Assembly: GCA_000004985.1 (NCBI GenBank) | Contig: GG738971.1 | Origin: Naegleria gruberi | Taxonomy: Eukaryota | Direction: 5' to 3' (one strand) | Length of the DNA stretch: 16,246 nt | Shown: piece by piece, positions 11,877-16,246 of the stretch | Layout: each line of letters starts with the position of its first letter | Numbering within the stretch: the first letter of the stretch is position 1 | Position numbers and translations under genes: made by a program | The notes under the pieces: model-generated | Database searches by the model: none | Seen by the model: the letters and a program-made list of their open reading frames with translations, nothing else | What the model was told of the DNA's origin: nothing

Positions 11877-12623
11877 ATACGAATGTTCCATTAATTTTGG
11901 ATCATCATCTGATGGTTCACAATAGAATTCACTTTGCATGACATAGAATTCCTTATCTACTTTTGGTAATCCCTCTTCTGGCTCAACTAACATTAATCCA
12001 TACATGCCATTACTTATGTGTGAAGGAACTGGACCTGCAGCACAGTGATAGATAAATAAACCTGAAGTTAATAATTTGAAAAATCCTGTTTTTTCTTCAT
12101 CTTTTTCAGCCAATAACATTTCTGCACCTCCTCCTGGTCCTGTCACACAGTGAAAATCAATATTGTGAGCCATACCGGTTTCGTCCAAGTTTAGGTAATT
12201 GACTTGCATGACATCTCCAACTCTTGCTCTGATAAATGGTCCAGGAACTGTTCCATTAAATGTCCAATATGGATACTTGTACTGTTTGCTGATTGGTTTC
12301 ACTTCAATTGTGGTATCTAGATTAACAACTAATTGAACTGGATAATCACGGTCAATTGGTGGAGGAATTCCAGGAGCTTTTGTTAAAATTGCTTCAACAA
12401 CTGGCAACTCCAAATTTAATTCAGGAGCTTTCTTGAATTTCTTCATCATATTTTCAGGAAACAAACTATGTTTCTTTTGTGTTTCTTGTGCTTCAAGTAA
12501 ACTATCACATTGGTATTTGTAGTATTGATAAACACCTGTTCCAACAGCACAGGTTAGACCTAGGGATAATGCAATGTCAAAAGTCTTTGGTTTGACAGTT
12601 CTTAGTCTGTGGAACAGTTTCAT
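11877..12623 (-). CDS. nirK: Copper-containing nitrite reductase (NirK, NO-forming). This is the 5' portion only: the N-terminal targeting/anchor extension plus cupredoxin domain I. Domain II lies in masked sequence.
   Basis: The ATG is at 12623-12621 on the minus strand. The translation contains the diagnostic NirK motifs WTFNGTVPGP, HNIDFH (T1Cu His and T2Cu His), YHCAAGPVPSHISNGMYG (His-Cys, His at +9 and Met at +5, which are the T2/T1 ligands) and KEFYVMQSEFY. These align with bacterial NirK (TFNGSVPGP / HNIDFHAATGALGGGA / [24 protein letters not shown] / KIYYVGEQDFY). The first roughly 90 aa (MKLFHRLRTVKPK + hydrophobic FDIALSLGLTCAVGTGVY...) have no bacterial counterpart. Confidence 0.9.
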
Positions 12624-12717
12624 TAGTGTTGTATTGTTATTTTTTAATTGAAATGTTGAATAAGACTTTTTTTATGATTCTTTGAATTTCCATTTGTCCT
12701 CAAACATAATCCCATTA

Positions 12718-12785
12718 CTGTGGTTACGCAATGAAGTGCAAGCAATTCTACAATGAAATGCAAGCAATTATTTTTTGAACTGCAA
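12718..12785. repeat. Left terminal inverted repeat (68 bp). It contains TGCAAGCAATT subrepeats at 12737-12747 and 12759-12769, and a degenerate third copy at 12781-12791.
   Basis: Its reverse complement equals 15859-15926 at 68 of 68 positions, checked base by base. Confidence 0.9.
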
Positions 12786-12959
12786 CGAATAATTTAATGA
12801 ATTGAAAGTTTCTTGAACCACAATTCTTAAAATAGATCAAAGAGAAGTCACACTGTAAGATCAAGCTGTAGTTCTGCTTGTTTCGAATATTGATAATGAA
12901 TTTGTTTATTATATAAGATATTTTGTATTGTTATTAAGATGATTGATCACTCTTCATGT

Positions 12960-15722
12960 TCATTGAATTTTCTTTCCGAAAATTGAATCCTCCCATGACT
13001 CATTAAATAATTCATCTAATTCTTCGTCATAATCGCCAAGCTCAATTTTAGAGCTCTTCTTGGGTTCAGATTGAAAACCTTCTGATTCCGAAAGTGGGCT
13101 TTGTGGTTCAAATTCTACTACATGTAAATGTTGCAATCTAGCAACAAGTATAGCTCTGTAATTTGAAATAGAAAATGGTTTGGTCATAATATCGACGGCA
13201 TCAGATAGTGAAAATCCTGCTGAAAGAAAATCCATTAGTAATACACAATAATCACCACAATGATTTCCATCCACTTGAATTTTTTTTTGTAATGTTTTTC
13301 GAACAGTCTTTGGTTTTACAATAAATGATGGCAACATTTCAAATAATTCACTAGTCTCTGATTCTATCACTGAAAAATCCTTAGCGAAAGAATCAAAAAG
13401 AAACCAATCAGTGGATTGACAATCATAGATTAGTAAGTACCAGTGTAATGATCTTGCCACAGGAAAAATTATAAATCCTTTTGATGTAAATTTCATACTC
13501 TTTGGTAAGTTTGTTTCTATGAATTTTTTGGATTGGTTAGTAACTCTTTGAGAGAAATCAGACGGTATGTATTGTAAATATTGTGAGCTGATTTTGGAAA
13601 AACAAATTCCAAATATATCAAAAGTATTTCCAGGTAAGAATACAGTGTCATCTTTGATAGTCTCCAATGCCTCAGTAGATAAAGTGATTGAACAAGCAAT
13701 TGTTTCTGTTGAAAGAACGTACAATTGTAGATTGGCAGCATTTTGTTGGATGTTATAGTTAAATTCTGTTTTGTTTTGTATGTGAAGTATTATTTTAGAT
13801 ATTTGTTCTACCTGTTTTTGGTCAAAATTTTCTTTCATGGAATCACTATCAATCCAAGGATTGTTTACATCATCTAAGATGGGATCTTGATCTAATTTCT
13901 CATCTGTCTCTACCTTAACTGATGGTGTAGGTAGTTCTACATAGAATTGACCAATACACATAGGATTAAATTCTCTGATATATAAATCATACAAATCATT
14001 ATTCATTTTCAGTGAAGCTCTGACATACTTCAAGTATTCCTCTTCTGAATCATAATTCCAAATATCCATTAAACATTTTCTAAAACTGTTTACAATCACA
14101 TCTGGATTCATGTTAGAAATAATCTGCTCAAATGCTGCATTTCTTGATTTTCTATCAGAATTAGAATTATTCTTTTTCCAATCAGCTAATTCTCTTTTTG
14201 CATATCTGAAACACATATTATCCAATGGTGATTGATGGTGCCCACCTACAGGAAGTAAAATGTTAATTCTATTATGTTGTTTCAAAATCTTTTGAACTGA
14301 TTTACACTTATGATGAGAGAGATTATCCCATAATAAAATGTCTCCTTCTTTTGAATTAGGAATATAAACTTTTTCAACCCATTGCTCAATATGTTCAATA
14401 TGAACACCAGCAATTTTTTCCTCAACAGTTACCTTATTACCATTAATAGTTGATTTCTTTCCTGGCACTGACTCAACAATAGACACTGGTAATACACCTC
14501 CTTCTGCCGTTACAGCAACTAAAAAAGTATCCTTAATATCATCAGCCAATTGTAAAACAACTGCATCATCGTCCTTGATTGGAGTATTTGTTCTTTCCGT
14601 CGCCTTAGTATTTGTTCCAGTTTCATCAAAAACCACAATTTTACTTCTATCAATGGATTTTAAATTTCTAAACATTATTGCTGCATAGAAGCAATAATAA
14701 TAGTAGGTTCTATATAATTGCTCATAAGCTGTTTCAATTCTTTCTCTCTTGGTAATTGTTGTTTTGATCTTCCTTTTATAAAGAAACTTCTTGGAAAATT
14801 TGGAAATATAATCTACTGAAGGTGTTTTCTTTAATCCTGCAACTTCCTTCATTATTTCTCCAAGTCTTATATTACTAACTTGTTTTTTCTCACTCCGTTC
14901 CTTACGAGTAATATCAATAACCTGTAAAATTTGGTCTTTCAATAATAATGGAGGTGGGTGACCACGTTCAACCTTTAATGTTAGTTCATTCCTCTTGCAT
15001 GCCGATAAATATCTGCTAAATTGTGAAGGTGAGATATTATTTTGTTTAGCAAATTCCTGTTGTGATCCACGGTCGGGTGTTGAATATTGTTCTTTATACT
15101 TCTCAACAAGTTTAATTTGTTCTTCTCTTGTTTTTTGAACATAACCAACTTTTCTTTTGTTTTTAAACCCTATCAATACTATTTTATCATCAGGATTTTC
15201 CTTTTTTTCTGTCTCCTCCAGGTTTACCAGTTTTGCTTTCTTTGCTTGACTTTCATTGTATGTTTCTTGATTCCGTTCAACAATTAATAGGGCTTTTTTT
15301 TTGATGTTGTCTTCGAATGACTCATCTCTTTCATCCGTCTCTTCCTCAACAGAAGAACAAATTCTAGTTACCAATTTTGCTACCAGAGCATCTTTTCTAA
15401 GATTACCTCCTGTCTCTCCAAATTCACTCTTCAAAAACTCCTTCAAAAACTTGACATTTTTCATTGTCAATTGATCACGGATTGCCTCTTCCACATTCTC
15501 AAACTTTCGTTTTGTTCCTTTTTTTAGCTTCTTTGGTTTTTCTTCTTTTTTCTTGCCTGGTGTTTTTTCATCTTTCTTTTTACTGGGTGTGTTATCTGGT
15601 TGATCTTGTGTACAGGTCCATGAAGGAACTTGAGATACTGAAGGTAGCAAATCTATTAAATTGCTATAGCTGGAGAAGCTTTGTGGTGAAGTGTCATAGC
15701 TACTCGATTGCTTGTTTGACAT
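12960..15722 (-). CDS. Transposase fused to a Ulp1-like protease. From the N terminus: a basic NLS-like region, CENP-B/pogo-type HTH domains, a DDE_1 catalytic core, and a C-terminal Ulp1/C48 cysteine peptidase domain. It is 920 aa long and ends with a TGA stop.
   Basis: Residues 47-73 are KKKDEKTPGKKKEEKPKKLKKGTKRK. HTH-like segments lie around aa 195-300. The DDE_1 motifs are VVFDETG (D366), ILLWDNLSHH (D466) and QSPLDNMCFRYAK (D501), which gives D-D-35-D spacing and the pogo DNxxH / QPLD signatures. The Ulp1 motifs are SLHWYLLIYD (H760), WFLFDS (D777) and KIQVDGNHCGDYC (Q816, C822), with His-Asp spacing of 17 and Gln-Cys spacing of 6 as in Ulp1. Confidence 0.9.
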   Translation of the reverse strand: MSNKQSSSYDTSPQSFSSYSNLIDLLPSVSQVPSWTCTQDQPDNTPSKKKDEKTPGKKKEEKPKKLKKGTKRKFENVEEAIRDQLTMKNVKFLKEFLKSEFGETGGNLRKDALVAKLVTRICSSVEEETDERDESFEDNIKKKALLIVERNQETYNESQAKKAKLVNLEETEKKENPDDKIVLIGFKNKRKVGYVQKTREEQIKLVEKYKEQYSTPDRGSQQEFAKQNNISPSQFSRYLSACKRNELTLKVERGHPPPLLLKDQILQVIDITRKERSEKKQVSNIRLGEIMKEVAGLKKTPSVDYISKFSKKFLYKRKIKTTITKRERIETAYEQLYRTYYYYCFYAAIMFRNLKSIDRSKIVVFDETGTNTKATERTNTPIKDDDAVVLQLADDIKDTFLVAVTAEGGVLPVSIVESVPGKKSTINGNKVTVEEKIAGVHIEHIEQWVEKVYIPNSKEGDILLWDNLSHHKCKSVQKILKQHNRINILLPVGGHHQSPLDNMCFRYAKRELADWKKNNSNSDRKSRNAAFEQIISNMNPDVIVNSFRKCLMDIWNYDSEEEYLKYVRASLKMNNDLYDLYIREFNPMCIGQFYVELPTPSVKVETDEKLDQDPILDDVNNPWIDSDSMKENFDQKQVEQISKIILHIQNKTEFNYNIQQNAANLQLYVLSTETIACSITLSTEALETIKDDTVFLPGNTFDIFGICFSKISSQYLQYIPSDFSQRVTNQSKKFIETNLPKSMKFTSKGFIIFPVARSLHWYLLIYDCQSTDWFLFDSFAKDFSVIESETSELFEMLPSFIVKPKTVRKTLQKKIQVDGNHCGDYCVLLMDFLSAGFSLSDAVDIMTKPFSISNYRAILVARLQHLHVVEFEPQSPLSESEGFQSEPKKSSKIELGDYDEELDELFNESWEDSIFGKKIQ
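13113..13625 (-). other. Ulp1 / SUMO-protease-like cysteine peptidase domain (C48 family) at the transposase C-terminus.
   Basis: The catalytic His-Asp-(Gln)-Cys arrangement HWYLL...FLFDS...QVDGNHCGDYC has canonical spacing and is followed by an acidic tail. Confidence 0.75.
14088..14690 (-). other. DDE_1 (pogo/Tigger/Fot1-type) catalytic domain of the transposase.
   Basis: The D366 / D466 / D501 triad lies within the characteristic motifs DETG, LLxDNxxxH and LPxxxxxxxSPLD. Confidence 0.8.
14823..15140 (-). other. Helix-turn-helix DNA-binding region of the transposase, of the CENP-B/pogo N-terminal type (two HTH units).
   Basis: Segments QQEFAKQNNISPSQFSRYLSACKR and HPPPLLLKDQILQVIDITRKERSEKKQVSNIRLGEIMKEV resemble psq/HTH_Tnp_Tc5-like helices. 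This is assigned by pattern, not by alignment. Confidence 0.5.
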
Positions 15723-15797
15723 TTTATAAATTTATTGCTTCTTCTGCTGATTGGAAGTTTTGATGTGTGTTTTGCAAGTTTCTTGATCAAAGTGGAA

Positions 15798-15804
15798 ATT
15801 TATA
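15798..15804 (-). promoter_or_regulatory. Candidate TATA box (TATAAAT on the minus strand) about 76-82 nt upstream of the transposase ATG, inside the element.
   Basis: The motif appears on visual inspection in the 136-bp region between the right TIR and the ATG. This region is AT-rich, so specificity is low. Confidence 0.2.
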
Positions 15805-15858
15805 TTTAGACTTTCTTGCAGTTCGTCAGCAAGTAATTGTACTACATTGTAGAATTGC

Positions 15859-15926
15859 TTGCAGTTCAAAAAATAATTGCTTGCATTTCATTGTAGAATT
15901 GCTTGCACTTCATTGCGTAACCACAG
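15859..15926. repeat. Right terminal inverted repeat (68 bp). It contains AATTGCTTGCA subrepeats at 15853-15863, 15875-15885 and 15897-15907, which is 22-bp phasing.
   Basis: It is a perfect reverse complement of 12718-12785. The internal 19-bp CATTGTAGAATTGCTTGCA occurs at 15845-15863 and 15889-15907. Confidence 0.9.
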
Positions 15927-16246
15927 TAGTACAGAGAACGGCTGTTTTTTAAAATATATAAAAAAGGTTCTGAGCGATGGATTATGATTTATTGGATTAT
16001 GAATTGATATTTAGAGTATTTGGATAATTGGATGTTGCTCATTGTTAAGTTCAGTTTAATTTTTGATTAATTTGAATTCAAAAAATTGGCCAAGTCTCCA
16101 GGGAATCGATCTCGTAGGATTCTGGTGTTGTTGGCTTGTTGTTTATTCAATTCAATGACAAACTGTATGGGGTTCACATAAAAAATTCCCAGAGATGGGT
16201 TGAGCTTTGCTTAATTGCTTGTGCATGTAATGAATAGTTACTGAAA

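Larger units (their letters stand above)
12716..15928 (-). mobile_element. Intact pogo/Tigger-like (Tc1/mariner superfamily) DNA transposon. The element spans 12718-15926 and is flanked by a TA target-site duplication at 12716-12717 and 15927-15928.
   Basis: Perfect 68-bp terminal inverted repeats (CTGTGGTTACGCAATG...), TA at both flanks, and a single intronless 920-aa ORF with a pogo-type DDE_1 core. The total length is 3209 bp. Confidence 0.9.

Noticed and set aside
1187-11941. Several giant ORFs on both strands (1187-6511, 1247-6469, 1251-6476, 6502-11925, 8295-12623, 8390-11941) composed mostly of X.
   Set aside because: These are artefacts of translating N runs. Only the unmasked ends were interpreted: the C2 exon 2, the glycoprotein fragment and the NirK 5' part.
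11877-12623. NirK as bacterial contamination or a prokaryotic operon fragment.
   Set aside because: Composition matches the eukaryotic flanks, there is an N-terminal presequence-like extension, and the gene is physically linked to an intron-containing gene and a eukaryotic DNA transposon on the same sequence.
13517-15952. Small plus- and minus-strand ORFs (13517-13741, 13567-13758, 15087-15287, 15464-15763, 15767-15952) inside the transposon.
   Set aside because: All overlap the 920-aa transposase ORF or the TIR in other frames. Their translations are hydrophobic and low-complexity, typical of spurious frames in AT-rich DNA.
16095-16125. A small hairpin (GAATC...GATTC) and a T-loop-like GATCGATTCC on the minus strand, considered as a possible tRNA.
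   Set aside because: There is no acceptor or anticodon arm structure, and the loop does not fit TΨC consensus. No tRNA can be supported.
1-16246. Ciliate-type genetic code (TAA/TAG = Gln), considered because every confidently placed stop seen is TGA and the DNA is very AT-rich.
   Set aside because: Only one real stop codon is visible. The 920-aa and 664-aa ORFs are fully open under the standard code and use CAA/CAG for Gln. That would be improbable if TAA/TAG were frequent sense codons. The standard code was therefore assumed.
1-16246. CRISPR arrays, rRNA genes and prokaryotic defence-system signatures.
   Set aside because: No short direct repeats with unique spacers and no rRNA-like conserved blocks were seen. 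The window is eukaryotic.

Overview
This is an AT-rich (about 30% GC) eukaryotic nuclear locus that uses the standard genetic code and has short GT..AG introns. It is probably from a protist, possibly amoebozoan-like, but the host cannot be identified from sequence alone. More than half of the window (1300-6460 and 8453-11876) is N-masked, so three of the four genes are only partly visible. Left to right, the visible sequence contains four things. (1) The 5' end of a plus-strand gene encoding a protein that begins with a C2 (Ca2+/lipid-binding) domain, interrupted by a 52-nt intron whose removal restores the conserved C2 strand motifs. (2) A plus-strand internal fragment of a secreted or surface protein that is extremely Asn/Ser/Thr-rich, densely packed with N-glycosylation sequons, built partly from about 94% identical 144-bp tandem repeats, and ending in an 8-cysteine EGF-like module. 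(3) The 5' part of a minus-strand gene for copper-containing nitrite reductase (NirK), with all type-1 and type-2 copper ligands of cupredoxin domain I and a roughly 90-aa N-terminal extension resembling a mitochondrial presequence followed by a membrane anchor. (4) An apparently intact 3.2-kb DNA transposon with perfect 68-bp terminal inverted repeats and a TA target-site duplication, inserted only about 93 bp upstream of the NirK start codon. The transposon encodes a 920-aa intronless protein that combines a pogo/Tigger-type transposase (CENP-B-like helix-turn-helix regions plus a DDE_1 catalytic core with D-D-35-D spacing) with a C-terminal Ulp1/SUMO-protease-like (C48) cysteine peptidase domain. 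That domain has an apparently complete His-Asp-Gln-Cys catalytic set. Each TIR carries three phased 11-bp AATTGCTTGCA subrepeats. No rRNA, tRNA or CRISPR features were seen.
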